From: Gemmatimonadales bacterium | Lineage (GTDB): Bacteria; Gemmatimonadota; Glassbacteria; GWA2-58-10 | NCBI GenBank assembly: GCA_024278175.1 | Contig: JAJRTS010000085.1 | Span: 59,844 to 123,843 of the forward strand | DNA length: 64,000 nucleotides | Direction: 5' to 3' | Shown here: positions 1-9,815 of the stretch, piece after piece | Numbering within the stretch: the first letter of the stretch is position 1 | Layout of the letters: the number at the start of each line of letters is the position of its first letter | Notes under the pieces: generated by a model | Told to the model about the DNA's origin: nothing | Databases searched by the model: none | What the model saw: the letters and a program-made list of their open reading frames with translations, nothing else | Made by a program: the position numbers and the translations under genes

Positions 1-392
1 CCTGAATCCCGGCACGGCGGTGGGCTCGCCATCGAATAAGACAAAAACATTAGCCCTGCCGGTTTCGGGTTTCACTGAACTCAACATGGTAGCAGCGCCC
101 GGATGGCGGGATCCATGCCAGGCGGCGCGAAGACTCATCCCTACCCGCGCACCCCAGTCCCCGGCCGGAGATTGGGCGGTCGCGCCGCGGGCAAATAATA
201 AAACGGCCGCCGTAATAAGAACAGCGACCGTAGTTACACTTGAACTTCTCATGCTATCTCGCTCTTTTTCCCGGAATTGCCCGGAATTGACCCTGCCGGG
301 TAGCAACCTGAAACCAGTTACAAGATAATATACCTCAGTAAAAACATTGTTCCGAGGTAATACATCAGCCAACCGGACGTCTTCCAGCACGT

Positions 393-1946
393 TCAGCGCC
401 GTCTGTTCCCGAACAGGCGTTCCAGCCGTTTCGGGTCCATTCTGACGCGGATGGTCTTGCGGTTGGCCATTGTCACCAGCCCGGGCGCTGAATTCGGCGG
501 GCGGCTGATATGCTTGCGCCGGGTGTAATTTACATCGGCCTGGGGCTCTCCCTTGAGCGAACTGTACTGCACGGCCAGGTGGGCGGCGTCCAGCAGGGCC
601 TCGTGGTTGATCTGATCCTGATCCGGGCTGCTGAGCACCACGTGAGAGCCGGAAGAATCGGCCACATGCAACCAGAGGTCACGTCCGCGGGCCACCTTGA
701 ACGTGAGCTCATCGTTGTCCCTGCCGCCCTTGCCCACCATGATCAGGCTCCCGTCGGCGGCCTCGAACCTGCGGTAGGGCGAATGCCGTTGCGGCCCCTG
801 TTTCCCTTTTTTCCCCGCCGCTCGTCCTCTGCTTTCAAGGCCGGCCCCGGCGGCGATCCGATCAAGACTTTCCAGTCCGGCGGCGGAATCGACCGCAGCC
901 AACTGCTGTTCGATTTGCCCGAGCTTTGTTTCGATCCCACCCAGGTTGGCGACGGCAAACCCGGCCCCGCCCCTGAGTTTCCTGCTCTTCTTGAAATAGC
1001 GTTCCATGTTCTGCTGCGGGGAGAGTTTCTCCTCCAGCGGGATCACGCGCAGCTGGTCGGGGGCGTCGGCATAATAGTCCGGCAGCCGGGCCTGAAACTG
1101 ACCCTTGCGGACGTTCCTGAAATTGGCCGCCAGAATGTCGCCGCACTCGCTGTACCAGCTAGCGTTCTCCGCCTCGGCGATAGTTTTGCGATAGCCGGAG
1201 ATCAGCCGCACCAACCGCTTGCGCTCACGATTGAGCTGGCGCCGAAGCTCCGCCCTGCGTCTGTCGAGCGCGCCCTGCGCGGCAAGGCGCGCACAGTAGA
1301 GCTCCGCCGCCCGGCTATAAGATGGAAGTTCCTCGCGTTCCATCAGTTGCGCCAGCGGATCGGATTTTTTATCAACTGCACCATCGATCTGATCCGGTGG
1401 CTTCGGGAAGGAGTATGCCGCCCCCGGAAGCAGACCCCGCGATGAGGCGGCTTTATGATTCATCACAGCGGCCACGTGCTCCTGCTCATCGAGCAGGAAC
1501 AGGTTCCCGCCCACTCCGAACAATTCGACCACCAGCGAACACCTGCCCGTTGCCGAGGAAAAGTCGAGCCGCAGCACCCTGTCGCCGGGAGCCTGAGCCG
1601 CGCGGGCACAGGCCGTGCCGCTAAGGCGCGAGCGCAACTTCATCGCCAGATCGCTGGCGGCCGCACCCTTCGTTCCCGTGCGGCTGTCGGCCAGGTACAG
1701 CGCCACCTGCCCGGTGCGGGTGCAGACCGTGAGGTAACGGGTCTGACCACCGGTGTACAGTTCGACCTGGACCGAGAAATCATCGGGCTGGAACACTTTC
1801 TGGGCGCGAGCACCCTCCAGTTGCGGGATAATCTCGTCCACTATTCTTTTAAACTGGTGGTATTTCACCTGGTTTTTTCCGTTCACATAAAAAAGTGTCA
1901 CACAGTTGACAACTGCAAAGGATTTTACCGTCGGCGCGTAACCCAA
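393..1946 (-). CDS. rqcH: RqcH/FbpA-family (NFACT domain) ribosome quality-control protein
   Basis: 517-aa ORF. NFACT-N-like N-terminus, coiled-coil middle, C-terminal NFACT-R/DUF814-like motif (HVADSSGSHVVL). TGA stop. Confidence 0.7.
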   Translation of the reverse strand: MGYAPTVKSFAVVNCVTLFYVNGKNQVKYHQFKRIVDEIIPQLEGARAQKVFQPDDFSVQVELYTGGQTRYLTVCTRTGQVALYLADSRTGTKGAAASDLAMKLRSRLSGTACARAAQAPGDRVLRLDFSSATGRCSLVVELFGVGGNLFLLDEQEHVAAVMNHKAASSRGLLPGAAYSFPKPPDQIDGAVDKKSDPLAQLMEREELPSYSRAAELYCARLAAQGALDRRRAELRRQLNRERKRLVRLISGYRKTIAEAENASWYSECGDILAANFRNVRKGQFQARLPDYYADAPDQLRVIPLEEKLSPQQNMERYFKKSRKLRGGAGFAVANLGGIETKLGQIEQQLAAVDSAAGLESLDRIAAGAGLESRGRAAGKKGKQGPQRHSPYRRFEAADGSLIMVGKGGRDNDELTFKVARGRDLWLHVADSSGSHVVLSSPDQDQINHEALLDAAHLAVQYSSLKGEPQADVNYTRRKHISRPPNSAPGLVTMANRKTIRVRMDPKRLERLFGNRRR

Positions 1947-1970
1947 TCGCCACCCGAACGGGAAAAAAAG

Positions 1971-2963
1971 TTAGAGTGCTTCGTAGATTTGTTCGAACTC
2001 CTCGACCTGCAGCAGGATCAACTGGGCGCGGGAGATGTCCCGGGAGCGGAAGACCACCGCCTTGTTCTGGACCTCCTCGCTGAACTTTTCCAGGCGGACA
2101 TGGCCGGACCCTGCCAGGTTCTGCAGGGTGATTATCACGTCTTTCACGCCCATTTTCAGCGTACTGGTGGCCTGCTTGACGTATTTATCGAAATCGTAGT
2201 GGCAATAGCCCGCTTTGTCTTCGGGCAGTTGCGCGGCCACGTTACGAAGGTGAAACAACACCTGCTGGGCTTTAGGGGAAAGGGTGGAGAATTTTTTCGA
2301 CGGGGGCGGAAAACCGGGGATATAGCTCATCTTTTCGGCCAGGAACCCGACAAACGCCTTCAGCATGGCGGGGTCATCCACAGTCAGGCGCTCATCACCA
2401 TTACTCTTGTCAAGATTGGCCAGGGAGGTTTGCGCCAGCGCCCGGTAGACTTCCCCCAGGCGTTCTCTGTCCACGGCCAGCACCCGGCAGCCCTCATATA
2501 CCACGTCTTCGAGCTTGATCGAGACGACATTTCCATTTTTCTCCCCTGCCTCGGCCTGCATCAGACTGAGCAGCGAACAGGCGCTGTAGATCAGGCGGCT
2601 GCGCTGGTTGAGCACGCTGACCAGTTTGTTCGTGTTGCGCAGCCGTTCGCTGAGCGAGGAGAACAGCGGCCGAACCTCGCGTGGGATGGCGTTGAGAATG
2701 ACCTGAAATCTCTTGCTGTCCACCAGGCTGAGGGTGGTGGCCTCCACGGCGGTTACAGTGGCCGAGCGCGGCCGCCCGTCGATCAGCGACATTTCCCCGA
2801 AAATACTGCCGGGCCCCAGGGTATCGAGCACTACCCGCTGGCCGTCGATCACCTTACTGACCTCCACACTGCCCCTGATGATGATATAGGCGCTGTCGCC
2901 GGGAGTGTTCTCCCGGATAATCAGGTCTCCGGCCCCATATGCTTTGTTCATGCCGCTTACCAT
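1971..2963 (-). CDS. cyclic nucleotide-binding (CAP-like) domain protein with an uncharacterised C-terminal domain
   Basis: The N-terminal ~120 aa match the cNMP-binding beta-roll (GDSAYIIIRGSVEV...FGEMSLIDGRPRSATVTA). The remaining ~200 aa have no recognisable domain. Confidence 0.7.
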   Translation of the reverse strand: MVSGMNKAYGAGDLIIRENTPGDSAYIIIRGSVEVSKVIDGQRVVLDTLGPGSIFGEMSLIDGRPRSATVTAVEATTLSLVDSKRFQVILNAIPREVRPLFSSLSERLRNTNKLVSVLNQRSRLIYSACSLLSLMQAEAGEKNGNVVSIKLEDVVYEGCRVLAVDRERLGEVYRALAQTSLANLDKSNGDERLTVDDPAMLKAFVGFLAEKMSYIPGFPPPSKKFSTLSPKAQQVLFHLRNVAAQLPEDKAGYCHYDFDKYVKQATSTLKMGVKDVIITLQNLAGSGHVRLEKFSEEVQNKAVVFRSRDISRAQLILLQVEEFEQIYEAL

Positions 2964-3162
2964 CCATCCGGTTGTTTATCGTCAGCTTACCATTACCGGG
3001 AACCTGATCCCGTGGCGGGACAGATCCGTTTGCGCCGTCAACAAAGCCGGCGCGCTATGCCCGGTACTCCTGAGCCGTTCATCCGCTGAAATTTATACAA
3101 GATGACGGTTTATGTCCACACCTGCGCCGGGGCTACTACGGGCGGGAGACTACCTGCGCCGA

Positions 3163-3207
3163 AGACAAAAAGGCGGCCAAACCCGGCGCTTGAGGGTTTG
3201 GCCGCCT
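3163..3207 (-). terminator. rho-independent terminator downstream of tRNA-Leu
   Basis: 14-bp perfect stem (aggcggccaaaccc / gggtttggccgcct) followed on the minus strand by TTTTGTCTTC. Confidence 0.6.
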
Positions 3208-3214
3208 GCTTATC

Positions 3215-3302
3215 TGGTGCCGGGGACGGGAATCGAACCCGTAAGGAGCTAAGCTCCGAGGGATTTTAAGTCCCTTGTGTCTGCCAATTTCACCACCCCG
3301 GC
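3215..3302 (-). tRNA. tRNA-Leu (anticodon UAA)
   Basis: 88-nt cloverleaf read on the minus strand: acceptor GCCGGGG/CCCCGGC, anticodon loop CUUAAAA, long variable arm, T-loop GGTTCGATTCC, encoded CCA. Confidence 0.9.
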
Positions 3303-3355
3303 TTTTTAAGCAGTGTCCGTTTTGACAATAAAAATATCTCCGATTTATCCCCCGG

Positions 3356-4495
3356 TCAATCAGTTTCATCCCCGCCGGTTTCGCCATCGCGCACCAGCTC
3401 GACCACCGCCTCGCTGTGGGGCGTGTGCGGAAAAAAGTCAAACAGGGCGGCCGAGGCGATTCTGTAGTCCTTGAACTTTTTTATATCTTTTGCCAGTTGC
3501 TTCACGTTGCAGCTCACGTAGACTATCAGCTCCGGGGCGATCCGCGTAAGCTCGGTGATCGTTTTCGGGTTCATCCCGCTGCGCGGCGGGTCGAGGATAA
3601 ATGTGAGCCGCCCCGGCAACCCGGCGTTTTTCAGCCGCTTGGCGTCCAGCTCCACGGCCGTCACGTTGTCCACGCCGTTGACCTCGATATTCCTGCGCGC
3701 GGAGACCACCGCCTGGGGAAAGCTCTCGATCACGCTCACCTGTTTGAACAGCTCGCCGTTGATAATCCCGAACGTGCCCACCCCACCGTAGAGGTCCACC
3801 AGATGGCCGCCCGCCGTGTCGTACTTCTTCAGCAGAGAACGCACATAGGTCTGCATCTGCTCGATCATCCGGTCGTTGTTCTGGAAAAATCCCTGGGCGT
3901 TGAACGAGAACTTCCGCCCCAGGATAGTCGACACCAGTTCATCCGTACCCTTGACCACGTAATAATCAGCGGAGATACTGATGTCCGTCTTGCGGGGCAC
4001 GTAGGTGACCAGCACGTTGGCCGCGCTGGTTTGCTGTGCGAACTCGGCGATATGCTCGCGGGCCGGCAGCAGCTTTGTCGAATCCGAGTTGAGCACGATC
4101 GAAACCGAGGAGTCGTCGCCGGGGGTACGCAAAACGGCGTAGCGGTATGTGCCGCAGGTCCTCTTGACATGGAAAAAATCGACTCCGCTAAAAAAGCCGC
4201 GCACTTCCCCGATCAGCGTATTGATTTTTTCGCCGGCGATATGGCAGTGATCGATATCGATAATCCGCTGCCAGCTTCCTTTGCGGCGAAGGCCGATGCC
4301 GCCGGGGTGAAACACCATGTCCATCCGGTTGCGGTAGTTGTACCGGTCACCGGTGAATACTTCGATATGCTCGTGCTCAAGCGCATTGACCAGTTGACGG
4401 CGCTTGCTTTCCACCTGCTGCTCGTAATCCACGTGCTGGAAGCTGCAACCGCCGCATTGGCCGAAAAATGGACAGCGTGGTTCCGCCATCGACAA
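3356..4495 (-). CDS. rlmD: 23S rRNA (uracil-C5)-methyltransferase, RlmD/RumA family
   Basis: N-terminal CPFFGQCGGCSFQH Fe-S motif, SAM-binding DLYGGVGTFG motif and C-terminal catalytic SCN motif typical of the TrmA/RumA family. TTG start. Confidence 0.8.
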   Translation of the reverse strand: MSMAEPRCPFFGQCGGCSFQHVDYEQQVESKRRQLVNALEHEHIEVFTGDRYNYRNRMDMVFHPGGIGLRRKGSWQRIIDIDHCHIAGEKINTLIGEVRGFFSGVDFFHVKRTCGTYRYAVLRTPGDDSSVSIVLNSDSTKLLPAREHIAEFAQQTSAANVLVTYVPRKTDISISADYYVVKGTDELVSTILGRKFSFNAQGFFQNNDRMIEQMQTYVRSLLKKYDTAGGHLVDLYGGVGTFGIINGELFKQVSVIESFPQAVVSARRNIEVNGVDNVTAVELDAKRLKNAGLPGRLTFILDPPRSGMNPKTITELTRIAPELIVYVSCNVKQLAKDIKKFKDYRIASAALFDFFPHTPHSEAVVELVRDGETGGDETD

Positions 4496-4541
4496 TACTC
4501 TCCCGCGTAATTCTGGCTTGATAAAAAGAGCTGAAATCGGC

Positions 4542-5834
4542 TTATTGTTCGCGTTGGGGCCGCCCGTTAACCAACCACTTCACACTCTCGCTGGCCAGGG
4601 AGGTTAAGGTGGAAGGCGAACCGACGATCCGGTGGATGATGTTACGGTAGGTGTCCTGGGCCGATACACTGTCAAACAGGGCCTGACTCAGTTGAGGACT
4701 CCTGCGCGCAGCCTCGAGCACAGGGTCCAGCAGCGAGAAGCGGGCCATCACTCCGGCCATCGCCCGGGCGGCCCGTCCATACCAGAGATCGCCGATCTGC
4801 TCGGCGAAGTCAATTTCCACGCGGCTTAACGCCTCCCGGCTCACTCCACGTTCGAGAATGCTTTTTGCGGCGTACCAGCCGCTAAGCAGCCCCGTGTTGA
4901 TTCCCTTACCCTTGAATGGCCTTAACAGCCCCGCGCTGTCACCGATAGTAATGTAGTTGTCGCCGTAAAAACGCTTGGCCGGGCAGATCGGAAAACTGCC
5001 CTTGTACAGGTCATCAATCTGGTACGGGAAATTCATCACCCGGCTGCAGAGCGATGAATCGAGAAACTCGCGCAGCGTTTTTCCAGTCACCCTCTGGCCT
5101 GCCACCAGGGCGGTAATATGGTTGCCCTTGGGCGTAAGCGCCGCGAACTCGATAGCCGGATCGGCGGGCAGGAAGGCGTGGATATTGTTTTTTTGAGCCT
5201 CGACATTGTGCTGTCCGGGATGAATCTTGGTGATAACCGTTTCCAGAAAATCCGGGGCGCGGTATCCTGTGCGGCGATGAAGGACGTCGCCAAGCTGACG
5301 GTCCAGGCCGAAAGCCCCCACCAGCATGTCGCCCTCGAAGCTGCCGCCCTCGGTATAGACACAGACCCCGCCGTCGCAGAACTCGACGTCGATAACCCGG
5401 TTGGGATAGACCTCCACACCTGCTTTGAGCGCCTGGGTAAGCAGGTAGCGGTCCAGCAGGACCCGGCGGGTAGCCATGGAGTGCTCCGAATGCTCGCCGG
5501 AGTGGTTGGTGAGATGAATGCTGTTATGCTCCGAGTGCAGCCAGTACCCCTCGATAGTGCGCTGCACGAGTTCAACCGGCAGACGAAGCCCCAGGTGCTC
5601 GCTCAGAATAGTCTCTATCGGTGGACTGAGCACTCCCATGCACTGGTTGTAGTGGATGCCGTATTGCTTGTGCTCAAACAGCACTATGCTTAGCTCGCGG
5701 CCCATCATGGCTCCCATGTGCGCCAGTGAAATAGCGCAGGCACACCCGGCCGGGCCTCCCCCGGCTATCAGCACCCGCAGGCTGTCCGGATTGTCCTTAC
5801 CTTTCATCCTCACTCTCCCCCATCCTGTTTCCAA
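4542..5834 (-). CDS. FAD-dependent oxidoreductase (geranylgeranyl reductase-like)
   Basis: N-terminal Rossmann VLIAGGGPAGCACA, internal GDSAG motif. The true start is probably at the MKGK residues. Confidence 0.65.
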   Translation of the reverse strand: METGWGRVRMKGKDNPDSLRVLIAGGGPAGCACAISLAHMGAMMGRELSIVLFEHKQYGIHYNQCMGVLSPPIETILSEHLGLRLPVELVQRTIEGYWLHSEHNSIHLTNHSGEHSEHSMATRRVLLDRYLLTQALKAGVEVYPNRVIDVEFCDGGVCVYTEGGSFEGDMLVGAFGLDRQLGDVLHRRTGYRAPDFLETVITKIHPGQHNVEAQKNNIHAFLPADPAIEFAALTPKGNHITALVAGQRVTGKTLREFLDSSLCSRVMNFPYQIDDLYKGSFPICPAKRFYGDNYITIGDSAGLLRPFKGKGINTGLLSGWYAAKSILERGVSREALSRVEIDFAEQIGDLWYGRAARAMAGVMARFSLLDPVLEAARRSPQLSQALFDSVSAQDTYRNIIHRIVGSPSTLTSLASESVKWLVNGRPQREQ

Positions 5835-7182
5835 ACAACATGATTTTAAGCGATACGGCCACGATTCTGGTCAGCAGGATCGGGTCTAGACAGTTGACGA
5901 ATATTTTACTGTAGCTGGCATCTCCGGTGAACATGTTCCACAGAATCCAGCGCAGCTTACGGCGGCTGTAACCCGTCATCCCGTGATCGCCCCGCGCAAT
6001 AGCCAGGTAGCCGGCCGCCACCGGTTTCAGACGGTAAATTCTGTCGTGGATGGCGAACAATAACCGACCCAGAATATTATCCAGACCAAACATTTTCTTC
6101 ACCCGCCGCGAGTAGTGCCGTTCCAGCCGTTCGCCACGCTCCGGCCCGTGTTCCACCAGTACTCGCGCCGCCAGCTCGGCGGAGCGCAGAGCGCTCTCGA
6201 TACCGTTCTTGTAGTAGCGCGAAACGGCGGCATCACCGATAACCAGCCAGTGACCGCCGGCCAGCACGCCCCCGTCGCCAATCGGCATCCGCGGGGCGCA
6301 GTTGCAACGCACCTTACCCTCGCCGCCGGATAGCTCCCTGATCCGGCCGGCCACAAGCGGGTGCTCCAGGAAGCGTTCCAGATGCTGTGAGCCAAGCCGC
6401 TCGCCGATCAGCGAAACCGTGGCATAACTGCGCTTGGGCGTTATTACCGCGAACCTCACCTGGGGCAGCCCCAGGGCGAATATGCTGATTTGCTGGCCGG
6501 TATTCTCCCCGGCGGCGCTGTCGTAGTGAAGTTCGGCCTGAATGGCGCTGTCGGTGTGCGGTATCCGGTATCCGCCCCCAAGCTTTTCGAACTGCTCGCC
6601 CAGGCTGGAGTTGACCCCGAACGCGCCCACAAGCATGTCGGCGTGGTGGGTATCGCCGTTATGGGCGGTGATCGTCACCGGGTCCGCCGCACCCGGCTCG
6701 ATCCGGACAGCCTCGATCCGCGCCTGAACACTGCGTGCGCCGCACTGGACAGCCTCGTCCAGCAGAAACTGGTCGAAACTGATTGCGCCGGCGCTCTCCT
6801 TCACCGGCCCGTGGCCCCTGAACACCGTGAATATACGCTGTCCTTCCGGTACCGGCATGCTGACCTCGCCACCCAGGGTTACCAGGCCGTAGCTCCTGAT
6901 TTTGGCCCTGATGACCTGGTCCGGGATCCAGAAGCCCAGCTTCTTCATCCCCGCCAGCAGCCCGTCGCTGATCACACCCTGGCAGTAGTTGCAGTGCGCG
7001 GCGCCGCGGCACTCGAAAGCTTTCGGCTCGAAAATAGTCACCCGTACCGCCCGGCCACCCCTGGCGGCTTCCCGGCACAGGCAATAAGCGAAAAAGGTCC
7101 CGGCCGGCCCACCTCCGGCCACCGCCACCCTCATCGGCCGGCTGCCGCTGACAGAATCTCTGGCGCTCAAGAGTCCTCCCAT
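5797..7182 (-). CDS. FAD-dependent oxidoreductase, paralog of the downstream gene
   Basis: VAVAGGGPAGTFFA Rossmann motif and GDAA motif. Tandem duplicate arrangement with the downstream gene. Confidence 0.65.
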   Translation of the reverse strand: MGGLLSARDSVSGSRPMRVAVAGGGPAGTFFAYCLCREAARGGRAVRVTIFEPKAFECRGAAHCNYCQGVISDGLLAGMKKLGFWIPDQVIRAKIRSYGLVTLGGEVSMPVPEGQRIFTVFRGHGPVKESAGAISFDQFLLDEAVQCGARSVQARIEAVRIEPGAADPVTITAHNGDTHHADMLVGAFGVNSSLGEQFEKLGGGYRIPHTDSAIQAELHYDSAAGENTGQQISIFALGLPQVRFAVITPKRSYATVSLIGERLGSQHLERFLEHPLVAGRIRELSGGEGKVRCNCAPRMPIGDGGVLAGGHWLVIGDAAVSRYYKNGIESALRSAELAARVLVEHGPERGERLERHYSRRVKKMFGLDNILGRLLFAIHDRIYRLKPVAAGYLAIARGDHGMTGYSRRKLRWILWNMFTGDASYSKIFVNCLDPILLTRIVAVSLKIMLFGNRMGESEDER

Positions 7183-7311
7183 GCCCGCCCGCAGATACAG
7201 GAACGGCTGGAGAATTGCGGGTGGTTACTGCTTAAACTTAATAAATTATACTATCTCCACGCTTATCAGGCCAGCAATTTTACTAACTTGCCCGCTTGCA
7301 ATAGTGCTACT

Positions 7312-8008
7312 ATGATGAAGCACCCGGACGTTAAGATGACGAATCAAATCAGCGTGGGAGATAAAATGTTGATGCGGCAATTTATAAAACCTCATCTGGT
7401 ATGGCTTTATTCGCTACTTTTTCTGATATGGCCGGTAAAAATTCTTTACTGTGCCGTTAACACCGTCAGCGTGCAGGGAGACAGATTTTTTCTGCATGGA
7501 GAATTGTTCGATATGTGGGGAGTACGGACCGCGAACGCAGTTAAAAACCAGAACACGACCGACAATCTGATTGGTATGCTGGACGATTATAAAGCTCATG
7601 GTATAAACACAATTACGGTGTTCTACCAGGGCAGCAGTGGAGGTAATACCGAGGGTGGCAACGATCCTTTTTCACCCGATGGCACGAGCATCGACTCAGC
7701 CTGCCACAACCGCATGGTACAGATAATAAATGCTTGCAAGGAACGATGAGAAGGGAGTCTTCCCTGATTCCAAAAAGCGGGAATACGCCGCAGAGGCGGA
7801 TGCTGCACTTTCGCGCACGGGCCTCTCGGTATTTTTTCACGCATCTACCTGGTTCCAGTCCGTGCCGCTGCGCTACGACCTGGCCGGAGAAGGTACGGAC
7901 GAAGACCAGGGTATTCACTGGTATTTCGATTATACAGCCCGGAAACCGGGACTCAATCCGCACAGCCTGAAAGAGTTTCCCTGGGAAAGCTGGAAAAATA
8001 CAGAGTGA
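7312..8008 (+). pseudogene. truncated and frameshifted glycoside-hydrolase-like remnant (GH5-superfamily / DUF4038-like N-terminus)
   Basis: Signal/TM followed by VSVQGDRFFLHGELFDMWGVRT and GINTITVFYQGSSGG. The frame breaks at 7747-7749 (…NACKER*) and continues in a +1 frame (7730-8008). Total about 230 aa, against the >400 aa expected. Lies in a lower-GC region. Confidence 0.4.
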
Positions 8009-8317
8009 TTTTTCCTCAAATGAATATTTTAGGCAGATTGAAAGGAAATCATACGCTTTAAAAGTTTTTGCTCCATAAACATAATCACGTCCATTTAGCC
8101 AGCTGGTTTGAAGTATCGAATATGATTCATGTTATAAACTCCTGCATTTAATAAAATTCTTGCAACCCACTTAAGCCATGCCTATATTTTTTGCCTTCGG
8201 GCGGAATTTACAGGTTGTAATATTTTATTGGATACTGTCCCATTACATATTACCGTCCCACCTTTCCAGCTTTGTCGTGGGTCGCCTTTTTCATTGTTGA
8301 AGGAGCCGGTTAACTAA

Positions 8318-9526
8318 ATGATAATCGGAATACCAAAGGAGACTTTTCCGGGTCAGCGCCAGGTGGCGATTATCCCGGACGGGGTGACCATGCTCAAAAA
8401 ATCCGGCCTCGATGCGATTGTCGAGTCCGGCGCCGGTGAGCAGGCCGGTTACCTCGACAAGGCCTACCAGGAGAAAGGGGCCGAGCTTGTTCAGTCCCGC
8501 TCCGAAGTGTTCGCCAGGGCTGACGTTGTCACCCAGGTCCAGGCGTTCGGGGCCAATCCCGAGCATGGGATGGACGACCTGGAGTTGCTGCGCGAGGGCC
8601 AGAGCGTGATCGCTTTCCTCGATCCGCTCTCCGCGCCTGATGCGGTTACAAAACTGGCCGAGCGCAAGGTGAACGCGTTTTCGATGGAGTTGATGCCCCG
8701 GATAACCAGGGCGCAGAGCATGGACGCGCTCAGTTCGCTGGCGTCGGTGGCGGGCTACAAGGCCGTGATCCTGGCCGCCGATACCCTGCCCAGGATGTTC
8801 CCGATGATGATGACCGCCGCCGGCACGGTGAGCGCCGCCAGGGTGTTCGTTATCGGCGCGGGCGTGGCGGGTCTGCAGGCGATAGCCACAGCCAAGCGCC
8901 TGGGCGCGATCGTAAGCGGCTACGACGTGAGGCCGGCGGTGAAAGAACAGGTTGAAAGCCTGGGCGGCAAGTTTGTCGAGATGGAACTGGAAACGGGAAG
9001 CTCCGAGGACAAGGGCGGATACGCCAAGGCGATGGACGAGGATTTCTACCGCAGGCAGCGCGAGATGATGACCCGCGTGGTGGCCGAGAACCAGGTGGTG
9101 ATCACCACCGCCGCCATCCCCGGCAAGAAAGCGCCGGTGCTGATCACCGCCGAAATGGTGGCCGGTATGCAGCCCGGCTCGGTGATTATCGATCTGGCTG
9201 CCGAACGTGGAGGCAACTGCGAGCTGACCAGGACCAACGAGACCGTTGTCGAGCACGGCGTGACCATTATCGGTACGGTCAACCTGCCGGCCATGGTTCC
9301 GTTCCACTCCAGCCAGATGTACTCGAAAAATATAATCACCTTCCTCCGGCACCTGGTCAGCGACGGCCAGTTAACAATCGACGGCTCGGACGAGATCACC
9401 TCCGAAACCCTGCTCACCACCGGCGGCCAGGTTGTCAACGGCCGTGTGCGTGAACTGCTGGGCCTGCAACCGCTGGCCCGGAGCGCACCGCCCGATGCGG
9501 CACAAGAACAGGAGAAGGGAGAGTAG
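8318..9526 (+). CDS. pntAA: NAD(P) transhydrogenase subunit alpha, part 1
   Basis: Alanine-dehydrogenase-like fold, GAGVAG NAD-binding motif. TAG stop. Confidence 0.9.
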   Translation: MIIGIPKETFPGQRQVAIIPDGVTMLKKSGLDAIVESGAGEQAGYLDKAYQEKGAELVQSRSEVFARADVVTQVQAFGANPEHGMDDLELLREGQSVIAFLDPLSAPDAVTKLAERKVNAFSMELMPRITRAQSMDALSSLASVAGYKAVILAADTLPRMFPMMMTAAGTVSAARVFVIGAGVAGLQAIATAKRLGAIVSGYDVRPAVKEQVESLGGKFVEMELETGSSEDKGGYAKAMDEDFYRRQREMMTRVVAENQVVITTAAIPGKKAPVLITAEMVAGMQPGSVIIDLAAERGGNCELTRTNETVVEHGVTIIGTVNLPAMVPFHSSQMYSKNIITFLRHLVSDGQLTIDGSDEITSETLLTTGGQVVNGRVRELLGLQPLARSAPPDAAQEQEKGE

Positions 9527-9528
9527 CC

Positions 9529-9807
9529 ATGGATATTTTCGTCATATCGTTAACCATCTTCGCACTGAGCATCTTCGTGGGCTTCGAGGTGATAACCAAG
9601 GTCCCGCCGACGTTGCACACGCCGTTGATGTCCGGCTCCAACGCCATCAGCGGCATCACCCTGATCGGCGCGTTGATTTCCGCCGGAGCACAGCACAGCA
9701 CCGTGACTACCGTCCTGGGGTTGTGCGCAGTCATTTTCGCCACGATCAACGTTGTGGGCGGCTTTCTGGTCACCCACCGCATGTTGAAGATGTTCCAAAG
9801 AAAATAG
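9529..9807 (+). CDS. pntAB: NAD(P) transhydrogenase subunit alpha, part 2 (membrane)
   Basis: 92-aa protein with 3 TM helices located between pntAA and pntB. TAG stop. Confidence 0.85.
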   Translation: MDIFVISLTIFALSIFVGFEVITKVPPTLHTPLMSGSNAISGITLIGALISAGAQHSTVTTVLGLCAVIFATINVVGGFLVTHRMLKMFQRK

Positions 9808-9815
9808 GGTAGGTC

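Noticed and set aside
510-3089. Long plus-strand ORFs (510-1445, 1455-3089) antisense to rqcH and the cNMP-binding gene
   Set aside because: In a >60% GC genome long antisense ORFs arise by chance. Their proteins are Arg/Pro/Gly-rich with no motifs, and the opposite-strand genes have clear domain signatures.
6490-7311. N-terminal part of track ORF 6490-7749
   Set aside because: It is antisense to the FAD oxidoreductase paralog. Only the portion from about 7312 onward has hydrolase-like sequence.
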